This document shows, in pieces, positions 1-14,467 of a DNA stretch of 64,000 nt. The position numbers and the translations under genes were made by a program. The notes under the pieces are model-generated. The model was not told the origin of the DNA, ran no database searches, and saw only the letters and a program-made list of their open reading frames with translations. This stretch comes from Macrostomum lignano (Eukaryota): the NCBI GenBank assembly GCA_002269645.1, contig NIVC01000283.1:372001-436000 (forward strand). The letters run 5' to 3'. Position 1 is the first letter of the stretch; each line of letters starts with the position of its first letter.

Positions 1-673
1 AACTCGAAACAAAAACAGGCAAGCAGTTATGATATACGACAAATTTATTTATTTTTCAGATACATGGCGCGAAAATGTACATTCAAGCCGTCCGCGTCAG
101 GCATGTAGACTTACATCGAATCCAGGTGCATTTATTTCTACTAAGAGTATGTGCTTAGCACATCGACACCGGAATTTATTGCTGACACTTTCTGTGTTGT
201 AGTTTTCTAAAAAAGAAACTCTTAAAATCCCCAACCCAATTTGGAATCACTCAGATAAGAGCGAAGATCAGAGACGATCTTATTTAAAAAAGTTAACATA
301 AAAAACTGAGAAAGTTATTTTCTTCGCCCAAAGCGCGAATTCAAATTAAGTAAAACCTACTGCGCGAGCTACGTTTTGAATTTGACTGTTGGAAAATTCT
401 AATTTTCGGTGTGTAATTAGAGGGGCCTGAAGGAATGAGATGAGTGCATGAGGATCCCTGTCTAGAATGCTAAAATACTTTGTTATACTCGTATTTAGTA
501 CCCGATGAAACAAAAACTTGCCTGCAAATTAAAAATAGTGTTTTCGCCTCGACTTGCTTACATGTGCGTTAAACATTTGTATTTGTGCTATACATCTTGG
601 AATGTAATAAATTTAGTGAAACCTAGCTAGATGATATGGAATGAAATGGCGCTCGAAGTATCTATGTGAAGAA

Positions 674-1515
674 GAGTGAGTGAATGGGGCAGTGAATCTG
701 TGAGTGAGTGAATGGGGCAGTGAATCTGTAAGTGAGTGAATGGGTCAGTGAATCTGTGAGTGAGTGAATGGGGCAGTGAATCTGTGAGTGAGTGAATGAG
801 GCAGTGAATCTGTGAGTGAGTGAATGGGGCAGTGAATTTGTGAGTGAGTGAATGGGGCAGTGAATCTGTGAGTGAGTGAATGGGGCAGTGAATCTGTAAG
901 TGAGTGAATGGGGCAGTGAATCTGTGAGTGAGTGAATGGGACAGTGAATCTGTAAGTGAGTGAATGGACAGTGAATCTGTAAGTGAGTGAATGGGACAGT
1001 GAATCTGTAAGTGAGTGAATGGACAGTGAATCTGTAAGTGAGTGAATGGGACAGTGAATCTGTAAGTGAGTGAATGGACAGTGAATCTGTGAGTGAGTGA
1101 ATGGACAGTGAATCTGTAAGTGAGTGAATGGGACAGTGAATCTGTGAGTGAGTGAATGGGGCAGTGAATCTGTGAGTGAGTGAATGGGGCAGTGAATCTG
1201 TGAGTGAGTGAATAGGGCAGTGAATCTGTGAGTGAGTGAAAGGGGCAGTGAATCTGTGAGTTAGTGAATGAGGCAGTGATTCTGTGAGTAAGTGAATAGG
1301 GCAGTGAATCTGTGAGTAAGTGAATGGGGCAGTGAATCTGTGAGTGAGTGAATGGGGCAGTGAATTTGTGAGTGAGTGAATGGGGCAGTGAATCTGTGAG
1401 TGAGTGAATGGGGCAGTGAATCTGTGAGTGAGTGAATGGGGCAGTGAATCTGTTGGTCAATGGCTAGTGAATCTGTGAGTAGGTGAATGGGGCAGTGAAT
1501 CTGTGAGTGAGTGAA
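674..1515. repeat. 28-bp minisatellite (GTGAATCTGTGAGTGAGTGAATGGGGCA)n
   Basis: Directly visible tandem units; the 277-aa minus ORF is a by-product of the repeat. Confidence 0.95.
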
Positions 1516-1982
1516 CTAGAAAGTTATATCACACTAAAATTAATGTTAGGTACGACCCTAATGATTGATTGACTAAAGGAACTTTTTTCGTTAAACCCGA
1601 AATGAAATATCTGAATTAGATATTTGCCGTTGGCTTGAATGTCCGGTAGCAGAGCACTTGCGCCCAACACTTTCTCGTAAACCTGACTGGATTCTTTTGA
1701 AATAGTCGCCCACTGAAATAGCCATTCATACTACTTGAAGCGGCAGAACATATGGAAACTTGGCTGGGCTCTTTGCGGTCATTGGTCACTGAAATGTGGC
1801 CAGTGAAACATTTTCTCTCCCAGAAATGAGTATAAGGCTTCTCTCACTCATTCTCTCAATCACTTGGGCTTGCCGTGAAATTCACTCCGTCTGTTCTGCT
1901 CCTGCTCTTGGACAAAAAATTTTTCGATCTCAAGTCTACGGCAGTTTCATGTAAGTGTAGAGTTTGAGACTGTTGCTTTTGC

Positions 1983-2388
<406 letters not shown>

Positions 2389-2762
2389 CGCATGTATATA
2401 TACTCAGTACTCATGTACAGCATTGCACACTCGGCCAGTGGCTGAGCACATGAGAGAACCTGACGGTTTTTCAACGCGCATTAGTGTGTGATCTGCACAA
2501 TATTAATCTAATTTTGTTTGGTCTTGCTGTCATTACATGTATCTTTGGCTGGTGTAACGAAAGTGCAGGAAGATACGCTCCTAAGGAATGGTTAATGCTT
2601 GTGGCTTTATCAAATCGTGTGGCATGATGGACTGCAGTTTTAGAGTTCGAGTTCGACAAAAGTTTTTTAAAAACCCAGTGAAATTATTTGAGCAATTAAT
2701 GTGAATCACAATGCGATTGACACTAACAAAAATTGATTCGATATGTAAAATAGTTTATGTCT

Positions 2763-3341
2763 AACGGATGCTGTTTCATGTCTAACAGGTTACTGTTTAG
2801 TGTCTAACAGGTTGCTGTTTCATGTCTAACAGATTGCTGTTTCATGTCTAACAGGTGCTGTTTCATGTCTAACAGGTTGCTGTTTCATGTCTAACAGGTG
2901 CTGTTTCATGTCTAACAGGTTGCTGTTTCATGTCTAACAGATGGCTGTTTCATGTCTAACAGGTTGCTGTTTCATGTCTAACAGGTGCTGTTTCATGTCT
3001 AACAGGTTGCTGTTTCATGTCTAACAGATGGCTGTTTCATGTCTAACAGGTTGCTGTTTCATGTCTAACAGATGGCTGTTTCATGTCTAACAGGTGCTGT
3101 TTCATGTCTAACAGGTTGCTGTTTCATGTTTAACACGTTGCTGTTTCATGTCTAACAGGTTGCTGTTTCATGTTTAACACGTTGCTGTTTCATATCTAAC
3201 AGGTTAATGCTGTGTTGTGTCTAACAGGTTGCTGTTTCATGTCTAACAGGTTTCTGTTTCATGTCTAACAGGTGCTTTTTAATGTCTAACATGTCTAACA
3301 TGTCTAACATGTCTAACATGTCTAACATGTCTAACATGTCT
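2763..3341. repeat. 21-22-bp minisatellite (CTGTTTCATGTCTAACAGGTTG)n ending in (ATGTCTAAC)n
   Basis: Visible tandem units containing a TCTAACAG core. Confidence 0.93.
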
Positions 3342-3916
3342 AAGGTTCTGTTTCAAGCTCTCCAAAGAAGTCCCCACCACGAGGGACACTTGTGTACTCA
3401 AACGAATTGCTTGAATCAAATGATAAAAAATTCATTCGATAGGCGGCCCTTGCTTTCTCTCTTTCTCTGTCTTTTGTCAAGATAAAGTGAGGGATGCAGT
3501 GACAAACTGGGGCCACTCTACTCTGGAATTCAACCTACCAGGCTACATCGAATAGGCACATGCTGGGTTCTCGGTTTTGAGTAATAGGAAAGTTCGAGGG
3601 GGGGGCGGGGCTTTCCCCTTTGGACCCGGCGGCTCCGCGATCGGGATCGCTTGAAATGAGCGCGTAAGGAGAAACTCACTCTTTTTTGCTAATACTTTTG
3701 AGAGGAAAAGTTGCCCCAGTTAATTAAAGACGAGAGAGGGAAGGGGAGAGAGAAGGGGTGGGCCAGAGAGAACACTGAGAGAAGTCAGCTTAAAGAACCA
3801 GATATGCCGGGTCAGTGACTCAACGCGGGTCTAATATGGAATTCTCAATACCTCAGGCTCTGAAGACTCTCTTCTTCTGCACAATTACAGTAGGGGCTCT
3901 GGACCAGCGCTGACGG

Positions 3917-4018
3917 CAATTCTGCACATTCCCCATTGCAATTCTGCACATTCCCCATTGCAATTCTGCACATTCCCCATTGCAATTCTGCACATTCCCC
4001 ATTGCAATTCTGCCCATT
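3917..4018. repeat. 22-bp short tandem array (CAATTCTGCACATTCCCCATTG)n
   Basis: About 4.5 copies. Confidence 0.9.
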
Positions 4019-4542
4019 CTCACGCAAGCTGTACAGAGAGGCCCTACCTGACTTTCTAATCGCCAGGCATGTACATTCTCTGTGCCCTGGTGGTTGGTCT
4101 CTCTCATAGTCAGACTTTTACCATTAATTTCCTTAGTAATTTTCTTTAGTATCAAAATATTCATTATACTTATAAAATTAACATTCGGTAGCAAGTCTAG
4201 ACTAAGATATTTGGGAATTAATTAAATTTTTCAGCCAATCTCTCTCTCTCAAGTTTGCGCTTCTCTCGAGCTTGGCCGGGGTCTATGAGTAGATAAAGTT
4301 AATCCAATTAGTGCAGTCAGATTCAGATTGGGTAGATTACTGCACAGCCGATTCTGGGTAGGTTATGGATGCTTATACAAAGTGCTGAAGTTGTGTCAAT
4401 ACTAGCTAGAAATGTTGTACTCTCAGTTTAAATAGATTTGGTTAATTTTAAAATCAAATAGAAAACTTCAAGTGGAAAAAATCTTCATTATCTTTGGCTT
4501 TATCATCAATCGTTTAGATTCCTTGTTTCAAAAAACCCTTCA

Positions 4543-6792
4543 CCTCAGATCCTGAGGTTCCATCTTAATTCGTTTCAGATCCCCAGGTTCCACCCGATTC
4601 CCCTTCAGATCCTGAGGTTCCATCTTAATTCGTTTCAGATCCTCAGGTTCCATCGTAATTCCCCTTCAGATCCTGAGGTTCCATCTTAATTCCTTTCAGA
4701 TCCTGAGGTTCCATCGTAATTCCTTTCAGATCCTCAGGTTCCACCCGATTCCCCTTCAGATCCTGAGGTTCCATCGTAATTCCCCTTCAGATCCTGAGGT
4801 TCCATCGTAATTCCCCTTCAGATCCTCAGGTTCCATCGTAATTCCCCTTCAGATCCTCAGGTTCCATCGTAATTCCTCTTCAGATCCTCAGGTTCCACCC
4901 GATTCCCCTTCAGATCATTAGGTTCCATCGTAATTCCCCTTCAGATCCTGAGGTTCCATCTTAATTCCTTTCAGATCCTGAGGTTCCATCGTAATTCCTT
5001 TCAGATCCTCAGGTTCCACCCGATTCCCCTTCAGATCCTGAGGTTCCATCGTAATTCCCCTTCAGATCCTGAGGTTCCATCGTAATTCCCCTTCAGATCC
5101 TCAGGTTCCATCGTAATTCCCCTTCAGATCCTCAGGTTTGATCCCAATTCCCTCAGATCCTCAGGTTTGATCCCAATTCCCTCAGATCCTCAGGTTTGAT
5201 CCCAATTCCCTCAGATCCTCAGGTTTGATCCCAATTCCCTCAGATCCTCAGGTTTGATCCCAATTCCTCTCAGATTCTTAGCTTCCATCGTAATTCCCCC
5301 TCAGATCCTCAGGTTTCATCCTAATTCCCCTCAGATCCTCAGGTTCCACCCGATTCCCCTTCAGATCATTAGGTTCCATCGTAATTCCCCTTCAGATCCT
5401 GAGGTTCCATCTTAATTCCTTTCAGATCCTGAGGTTCCATCGTAATTCCTTTCAGATCCTCAGGTTCCACCCGATTCCCCTTCAGATCCTGAGGTTCCAT
5501 CGTAATTCCCCTTCAGATCCTCAGGTTCCATCGTAATTCCCCTTCAGATCCTCAGGTTTGATCCCAATTCCCTCAGATCCTCAGGTTTGATCCCAATTCC
5601 CTCAGATCCTCAGGTTTGATCCCAATTCCTCTCAGATCCTCAGGTTTGATCCCAATCCCCTCAGATTCTCAGGTTTGATCCCAATTCCCTCAGATCCTCA
5701 GGTTTGATCCCAATTCCTCTCAGATTCTTAGCTTCCATCGTAATTCCCCCTCAGATCCTCAGGTTTCATCCTAATTCCCCTCAGATCTTCAGGTTTGATC
5801 CCAATTCCCTCAGATCCTCAGGTTTGATCCCAATTCCCTCAGATCCTCAGGTTTGATCCCAATTCCCTCAGATCCTCAGGTTTGATCCTAATTCCCTCAG
5901 ATACTCAGGTTTGATCCCAATTCCCTCAGATCCTCAGGTTTGATCCCAATTCCTCTCAGATTCTTAGCTTCCATCGTAATTCCCCCTCAGATCCTCAGGT
6001 TTGATCCCAATTCCCTCAGATCCTCAGGTTTGATCCCAATTCCCTCAGATCCTCAGGTTTGATCCCAATTCCCTCAGATCCTCAGGTTTGATCCTAATTC
6101 CCTCAGATACTCAGGTTTGATCCCAATTCCCCTTCAGATCCTCAGGTTTGATCCCAATTCCCTCAGATCCTCAGGTTTGATCCCAATTCCTCTCAGATCC
6201 TCAGGTTTGATCCCAATCCCCTCAGATTCTCAGGTTTGATCCCAATTCCCTCAGATCCTCAGGTTTGATCCCAATTCCTCTCAGATTCTTAGCTTCCATC
6301 GTAATTCCCCCTCAGATCCTCAGGTTTCATCCTAATTCCCCTCAGATCTTCAGGTTTGATCCCAATTCCCTCAGATCCTCAGGTTTGATCCCAATTCCCT
6401 CAGATCCTCAGGTTTGATCCCAATTCCCTCAGATCCTCAGGTTTGATCCCAATCCCCTCAGATCCTCAGGTTTGATCCCAATTCCCTCAGATCCTCAGGT
6501 TTGATCCCAATTCCTCTCAGATTCTTAGCTTCCATCGTAATTCCCCCTCAGATCCTCAGGTTTGATCCCAATTCCCTCAGATCCTCAGGTTTGATCCCAA
6601 TTCCCTCAGATCCTCAGGTTTGATCCTAATTCCCTCAGATCCTCAGGTTTGATCCCAATTCCCCTTCAGATCCTCAGGTTTGATCCCAATTCCCCTTCAG
6701 ATCCTAAAATTTCATTTCAATTCCCCTTCAGATCCAAAAGTTGCATTTCAATTCCCCTTCAGATCTTTAGGATCCACCCGATTTCCCTCAGA
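4543..6792. repeat. 29-30-bp minisatellite (CAGATCCTCAGGTTTGATCCCAATTCCCT)n
   Basis: 2.2-kb array with two unit variants, ending about 40 bp before the GPCR acceptor site. Confidence 0.95.
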
Positions 6793-6833
6793 TCCTCACA
6801 ACCTGATCGTCTCCCCCTCCTCTCCTCCCACAG

Positions 6834-7093
6834 GGACAATCTGTTTCCGTCGACAGTCGCTCCATCGCCAGCGAGCTCATCGTCCTGGAAGCTGGGCGTG
6901 AAAGTGCCCGTAGCCGTGATGCTGTCCATTCTGACGCTGTGGACTCTGTTCGGCAACGCGTTGGTCATTGTGTCACTGTTCAAGTTCAAATCCCTGCGTA
7001 GTGTTCCCAACCTGCTGATCGGAAATCTGGCTCTGAGCGACTTCCTGCTGGCTCTGACCATTCTGCCTCTGTCCTCTATTAACAATGTGCTGG
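6834..7093 (+). CDS. Aminergic class A GPCR (tyramine/octopamine receptor-like), exon encoding TM1-TM2
   Basis: Strong acceptor ctccccctcctctcctcccacag|6834. Encodes VMLSILTLWTLFGNALV..NLLIGNLALSDFLLALTILPLS (GN and LAxxD motifs). Donor G|GTAAGC at 7094. No ATG here, so an upstream exon is required; I did not identify it. Confidence 0.88.
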
Positions 7094-7252
7094 GTAAGCC
7101 TGCGTGCTGCGGTTAAGGGGATTATTGAGGACGTTTCTCAATGCGACCGTTCTCGCTTGCGCTGTCAATCAGAGTTAAATCCCTCTGAATCGGGACTCTA
7201 TGGACCGGTGGTACTAGTGGCTTACAGGTGACACTGTCCTCTGTCCATTAGC

Positions 7253-7527
7253 TGGACACTATCCCCTGTCTAACAGGTGTGACACTATCCCCTGTCTAAC
7301 AGGTGTGACACTATCCCCTGTCTAACAGGTGTGACACTATCCCCTGTCTAACAGGTGTGACACTATCCCCTGTCTAACAGGTGTGACACTATCCCCTGTC
7401 TAACAGGTGTGACACTATCCCCTGTCTAACAGGTGTGACACTATCCCCTGTCTAACAGGTGTGACACTATCCCCTGTCTAACAGGTGTGACACTATCCCC
7501 TGTCTAACAGGTGTGACACTATCCCTT
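7253..7527. repeat. 26-bp minisatellite (GACACTATCCCCTGTCTAACAGGTGT)n, GPCR intron
   Basis: About 10 near-identical copies. Confidence 0.95.
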
Positions 7528-7991
7528 GTCAAACTGGTGGGCACTCATAACTCTGTCAAGACAAACTTTTAAGTTGCCGATATGTATCGAAAATAAACTT
7601 TCTACGTACTTCGTAAAGCAAAGGCGATTTAAAAATGCAAATTTTATTATAGCACCAATTAAACTCATTCGCTGCACTTTTGCCAAGAATTCAATCTTAG
7701 CCAGCAGATTTGAGAAGTTGCAATTTTTCTTGCAGACCCCGCTCCTGCATATGCGTGACCTGAGCAGGGTTTAAAAAAATGTTCGAATTTCTCGAGCGAA
7801 CTGGGGACAACTCGAAGGGCCAAAAATGTTTTTTTTGCATAATTGGATCAAGCCTCGAACTCAGCTTTCGAGAGGGCTGCTGGGCACTAACTTCGATGAA
7901 GGAATTTTTTCTTATCAACAGCAGCTGCTGAAAGCGTGTAAATCTTTCGAGAAGCTTTTGCAGTTTAACAGATATGATTGATGTCTGATGG

Positions 7992-8724
7992 CTGTGATTG
8001 TGACTGTGACTGTGACTGTGAGTGTGAGTGTGAGTGTGACTGAGTGTGACTGTGAGTGTGAGTGTGACTGTGACTGTGACTGTGAGTGTGACTGTGAGTG
8101 TGACTGTGACTGTGACTGTGACTGTGACTGTGACTGTGACTGTGACTGTGACTGTGAGTGTGAGTGTGACTGAGTGTGACTGTGACTGAGTGTGACTGTG
8201 ACTGAGTGTGAGTGTGAGTGTGAGTGTGACTGTGACTGTGACTGAGTGTGACTGTGACTGAGTGTGACTGTGACTGTGACTGTGACTGAGTGTGACTGTG
8301 ACTGTGAGTGTGACTGTGACTGTGACTGTGACTGAGTGTGACTGTGAGTGTGAGTGTGACTGTGACTGTGACTGTGACTGAGTGTGACTGTGAGTGTGAG
8401 TGTGACTGTGACTGTGACTGTGACTGAGTGTGACTGTGACTGTGACTGAGTGTGACTGTGACTGAGTGTGAGTGTGAGTGTGTGTGACTGTGACTGTGAC
8501 TGAGTGTGACTGTGACTGTGAGTGTGACTGTGACTGTGACTGTGACTGAGTGTGACTGTGAGTGTGAGTGTGACTGTGACTGTGACTGAGTGTGACTGTG
8601 ACTGTGAGTGTGAGTGTGACTGTGACTGTGACTGTGACTGAGTGTGACTGTGAGTGTGAGTGTGACTGTGAGTGTGAGTGTGACTGTGACTGTGACTGTG
8701 ACTGTGACTGTGACTGTGACTGTG
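7992..8724. repeat. Hexamer microsatellite (GTGACT/GTGAGT)n
   Basis: Visible; the overlapping SH/VT/CD ORFs are artefacts. Confidence 0.95.
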
Positions 8725-9232
8725 ACAAACAAAACTTGCATGCAAAGGTTTCACATAAGACTTTCCCTTTATCTGCAACTGCAGAGGGATTAAGACAAAG
8801 CTCAAATGATGAGCTCAAAAACAACCGACTGCTCATGCAGCTCGAGGTCAATTGTCCATTGTGCTGAACTTTCTCCCTATAGAGGGGCACAAAGTCAGCC
8901 CAGTGGAACAAAGAATGCGCAGTCCTGACATTGGAGACAGGGGAAGCCTCTAAACTCATCTCAACCGCATCTCAGCTGCCTACATCTGTTGGATAATTAT
9001 TTCCATATTTCTTTGGCCAGCTGGAGAGCACGGTTGAGCACGGGAGACTCTTGTCGAGAGAAAAGGGCACAAATTTACTGAACTGCAATTTTCACCGCCT
9101 ATCTTCATCATAATTAGCAATTATTACTATTATGAAATTCTGTATCGCTCAGGAATAATGTTTGAATTTGAGGATAATTTATTTAATTATAAATTAAGAC
9201 GTTAAAAGCTTTGGGATTTAAAGAAAAACAAC

Positions 9233-9762
9233 TGGGATTTCGGATACAGGATTTAGGACTCGGGACTCAGCTGGATTCGGGATTTAGGATTTGGGATTTT
9301 GGATTCGGGATTTAGGATTCGGGATTCAGGATTCTGGATTTAGGATTCGGGATTCAGGATTCGGGATTCAGGATTCGGGATTCAGGATTCGGGATTCAGG
9401 ATTCGGGATTCAGGATTCGGGATTCAGGATTCGGGATTCGGGATTCGGGATTCAGGATTCGGGATTCGGGATTTGATACCCGGGATTTTGGATTCAGGAT
9501 TCGGGATTCGGGATTCGGGATTCGGGATTCAGGATTCGGGATTCAGGATTCGGGATTCGGGATTCGGGATTCGGGATTCGGGATTCGGGATTCAGGATTC
9601 GGGATTCGGGATTCGGGATTCAGGATTCGGGATTCGGGATTTGATACCCGGGATTTTGGATTCAGGATTCGGGAGCTGGGATTTAGGATTCGGGATTCGG
9701 GATTCGGGATTTGATACCCGGGATTTAGGATTCGGGATTCGGGATTCGGGAGCTGGGATTTG
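9233..9762. repeat. Heptamer microsatellite (GGATTCG/GGATTCA)n
   Basis: Visible tandem heptamers. Confidence 0.93.
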
Positions 9763-10555
9763 GCATTTTAAATCTGAATTAAATTTTAGGATTGCTAGAC
9801 TGACTTAACAGATTTTGGAGTTGGTATTTAAGATCTCAAATTTCGCTCCCTACATCGCATGAATTGAAAGCATCATTCCGGTCAACTTTATGGTCCAACA
9901 GGAACCCCGTTACGAAATTCTCAGAAAATTCACTCCCAATTCTTTATGAACCGTTAATGGAATATTCGATCCTCCAAAGCAAGAAAACTTTTGCATTTGG
10001 GTCTCGGAAAGAGATGACCGATGACCGCTATTGACCGTGAGAGCTCGTACAACGCTTTAATAAGTCTTGAGCATGAAGTTCGAGCCGGGCATCTTCGAAT
10101 CAATGAAGCATCCGTTACTTAACTCTGCCCCTTTCTCTCTCTGTCTCTGTCTCACTCATTATCTTCTACTTTCAGTTTGGCCGAGTCCTTGAACTGGTTC
10201 GGGCGTGTTCAGTGAGGCGCAGTCGATGAAGGCATCTGGGGTAGCTGGGGGTTAATTGACTCTGTCTGGGCTCTGATGTGTGTTTTGTCTGCCTTGCGAT
10301 CTACTGCAGTCTTGCACTTACGCATGCCGGCAGTTCTGAAGTATAAGATTTTACAACTGGTTAAGTATATATTTTCATGGTCTACTGATTGCTCAAATTT
10401 TTTTGTTTTGGATGTCGTTGTAAAAACAAAATTGTTTACTACAAAGCCAGTCAAGCGGAACTTGAGGAAACTGTTGGATCTAAATTTAGGGCACTTGAAG
10501 TTCTAAATCCGTTTAGGAACCTGCATGTCTAGCTAGTGCTTTTGCTACCACCGGC

Positions 10556-11180
10556 AGACAGACAGACAGACAGACAGAAACTAAGACAGACAGACAGACA
10601 GACAGAAACTAAGACAGACAGACAGACAGACAGAAACTAAGACAGACAGACAGACAGCAGAACACTAGGACACTAGGACACTAGGACACTAGGACACTAG
10701 GACACTAGGACACTAGGACACTAGGACACTAGGACACTAGGACACTAGGACACTAGGACACTAGGACACTAGGACACTAGGACACTAGGACACTAGGACA
10801 CTAGGACACTAGGACACTAGGACACTAGGACACTAGGACACTAGGACACTAGGACACTAGGACACTAGGACACTAGGACACTAGGACACTAGGACACTAG
10901 GACACTAGGACACTAGGACACTAGGACACTAGGACACTAGGACACTAGGACACTAGAACACTAGGACACTAGGACACTAGGACACTAGGACACTAGGACA
11001 CTAGGACACTAGGACACTAGGACACTAGGACACTAGGACACTAGGACACTAGGACACTAGGACACTAGGACACTAGGACACTAGGACACTAGGACACTAG
11101 GACACTAGGACACTAGGACACTAGGACACTAGGACACTAGGACACTAGGACACTAGGACACTAGGACACCAGGACACTCA
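10556..11180. repeat. (GACA)n followed by octamer (GACACTAG)n
   Basis: GACA block at 10556-10657, then about 63 copies of GACACTAG. Confidence 0.96.
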
Positions 11181-12036
11181 GACATACAACTTAGTCCTAA
11201 AAGTCCTAAAAGAACACATGTAGTGCTCAATCTAAAAGCGGTAAAACAGCAATGATTTTGTATCCACATCGAGCAGAGGGAACCAAACGGAAAAGCAGAA
11301 AGAAAAACACTGCCAAGCTTATTGCAAGCTTCCCTAAAACCCGGGGGGGGGGGGCGGACACAAACCATAAACCCGATTGCCATACAGCTCTAAAGATGAA
11401 ATATAATTGACAAATTTATTTATAAATAACTCCCCGCGGTACTCATGAATATCTCAGGGACAAGCGCAGCTGCCGCAGGCACAGTTCCAGGGCCGCAGGA
11501 GCTATCAATCCAGAGCGTAACAGCAGCCCTCTGAGACTTTACAGCAGCTGCCGTGCAGGCATCGATTTCGATAACAGATTCCCCCTTTGGGGACGCCCCA
11601 GCAACAAGCAGCAGGAGAAACAAATGAGGCCACACCAGTTTTCTGTTTATGTATAAAAGAGACTGTGCCAGATGCGGTGCATAATTCATCGGCAGCAATA
11701 TCTAGTGTCGCAATGCCTGCACAGAGACAAGCAATCAGTGAGCAGCCGGGTGTGAAATGCCAATTCTCAATGCCACGCAGGAAGCCATTGCGGCCGCATA
11801 AATTCGGGCCATTGCGCCTATTTTTGATCAATCTGTCGCGTCAAATAAGAGAGAAAGAGGGAGGCCTGACAAATGTTTTCGCTGCCAACTGGCTGATCGG
11901 TCAGGTCAATCTTTATTTGCCGTTCTTCTGCTTCTAGGCTGGAAAACCGCTAAAAGGACAACTGCGAAAGATTGTTGAAGATTTCTTTTGAACTGTTGGC
12001 TGACAGCCAAGACTTAATCTAATGGAGAGTAGCGAT

Positions 12037-12586
12037 GTCTAACAGTGCTGGCTGTGTGTCTAACAGTTTGTGCTGGCTGTGTGTCTAACAGTTTGTGCTG
12101 GCTGTGTGTCTAACAGTTTGTGCTGGCTGTGTGTCTAACAGTTTGTGCTGGCTGTGTGTCTAACAGTTTGTGCTGGCTGTGTGTCTAACAGTTTGTGCTG
12201 GCTGTGTGTCTAACAGTTTGTGCTGGCTGTGTGTCTAACAGTTTGTGCTGGCTGTGTGTCTAACAGTTTGTGCTGGCTCTGTGTGTCTAACAGTTTGTGC
12301 TGGCTCAGTGTCTAACAGTTTGTGCTGGCTGTGTGTGTCTAACAGTTTGTGCTGGCTGTGTGTCTAACAGTTTGTGTCTAACAGGTTGTGCTGGCTCAGT
12401 GTCTAACAGTTTGTGCTGGCTCAGTGTCTAACAGTTTGTGCTGGCTCAGTGTCTAACAGTTTGTGCTGGCTCAGTGTCTAACAGTTTGTGCTGGCTCAGT
12501 GTCTAACAGTTTGTGCTGGCTCAGTGTCTAACAGTTTGTGCTGGCTCAGTGTCTAACAGTTTGTGTCTAACAGGTTGTGTCTAACA
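12037..12586. repeat. 25-bp minisatellite (TGTCTAACAGTTTGTGCTGGCTGTG)n
   Basis: Visible; the variant switches to GCTCAG in the 3' half. Confidence 0.94.
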
Positions 12587-13154
12587 CACGTTCTTTCTCA
12601 TTGCCTCAAAAGTTTCAATTTGAAATCGTGAACAGTCCGCTTGGGGTGCAACTGAGGTCACACACTGAATTCATATTTTCTTCATCACACTGGAGTCCAG
12701 CCTCCTTCGTTATACCGTTCAATTTAACAGCCGCAAGAGGGTCACTGAAGTCCCTGCGGCTGAAGCCACTTGAAGTTTCAATATCCCATTTAGGAGCTGG
12801 GGATGCCACACTCGCACTTCGATTCCTCTTTTCCTTCTCCTCCTATTTTCCCATTCGGGAACTTTTTCAAAGTCAAATCCCGAGATTTTGCGGGTCGATC
12901 TTCAATCAAATTGAGTTCCAGCCGCTAGCGCTGATGACTGCCTGGAAACCGACTTTTTTATGCAAATTTGAAACGATAAAAATGCTGGCCAATCTGTTCC
13001 AACAAGTTGCTATCGAAGTCCGAGTTCCCATATTGGACTTGCGATTGGCTTCTTCTTTTCAGGCGCCATTAAATCCCACAAAATCCCAGGAATTTCCCGT
13101 GTTAGGGGCCGCCTGCTGATCTATTTTTAACTTTTAAACACATCTTATTCACGT

Positions 13155-14103
13155 CTAACAGCAGTGCTTCATAGCCAGCAGGTGCTGTTTTATATCTAAC
13201 AGACTCTGTTTCATATCTAACAGATTCTGTTTCATATCTAACATATTCTGTTTCATATCTAACAGGTGCTGGTTAAAATCTAACAGACTCTGTCTCATAT
13301 CTAACAGGTGCTGGTTAAAATCTAACAGACTCTGTCTCATATCTAACAGGTGCTGGTTAAAATCTAACAGACTCTGTCTCATATCTAACAGGTGCTGGTT
13401 AAAATCTAACAGACTCTGTTTCATATCTAACAGGTGCTGGTTAAAATCTAACAGACTCTGTTTCATATCTAACAGGTGCTGGTTAAAATCTAACAGAATC
13501 TGTTTCATATATAACAGGTGCTGGTTAAAATCTAACAGAATCTGTTTCATATCTAACAGGTGCTGGTTAAAATCTAACAGATTCTGTTTCATATCTAACA
13601 GGTGCTGGTTAAAATCTAACAGACTCTGTTTCATATCTAACAGGTGCTGGTTAAAATCTAACAGATTCTGTTTCATATCTAACAGGTGCTGGTTAAAATC
13701 TAACAGACTCTGTTTCATATCTAACAGGTGCTGGTTAAAATCTAACAGACTCTGTTTCATATCTAACAGGTGCTGGTTAAAATCTAACAGACTCTGTCTC
13801 ATATCTAACAGGTGCTGGTTAAAATCTAACAGACTCTGTTTCATATCTAACAGGTGCTGGTTAAAATCTAACAGACTCTGTCTCATATCTAACAGGTGCT
13901 GGTTAAAATCTAATAGACTCTGTCTCATATCTAACAGGTGCTGGTTAAAATCTAACAGACTCTGTTTCATATCTAACAGGTGCTGGTTAAAATCTAATAG
14001 ACTCTGTCTCATATCTAACAGGTGCTGGTTAAAATCTAACAGACTCTGTTTCATATCTAACACGTGCTGTTTCATATTTATCAGATTCTGTTCCATATCT
14101 AAC
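13155..14103. repeat. 42-bp minisatellite (2 x 21-bp halves, each with TCTAACAG)
   Basis: Unit TCTAACAGGTGCTGGTTAAAATCTAACAGACTCTGTTTCATA; the 316-aa minus ORF is a repeat translation. Confidence 0.94.
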
Positions 14104-14467
14104 AAATTATGTTCTGTATCAAAAACGCTTTCAAAACTTATTTAAAATCGATCCTTTTTGAGAAAAATCTCCACCTTAGCTGACCCCGGGGCACAAGCCT
14201 CTCTCCCGCGTGGATCACAGATCAAAAAGAAATCGCAAAAATTTTGTAGACTAAAATTTTTGTCTTCCCCAAAGCGACGGAAGTTGCTGAAGTAATTAAA
14301 TTCTGAGAATTAAATTGATCGCTAATCTGACTCGATTTCAGTTCTTTGCAGCAATGCCTTATCTGCATTTATATGCAGCAGTGTCTTCAACCTGGGATTC
14401 GGGAAGTTCGGGAATATGATCATGATTTAAATTTTTTTGTATTTAACTATAGTGTCAATGGTTCCTC

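Noticed and set aside
9233-9762. Telomere-like heptamer (TTCGGGA/TTTAGGA)
   Set aside because: It does not match TTAGGG or a consistent telomeric unit; treated as an ordinary intronic microsatellite.
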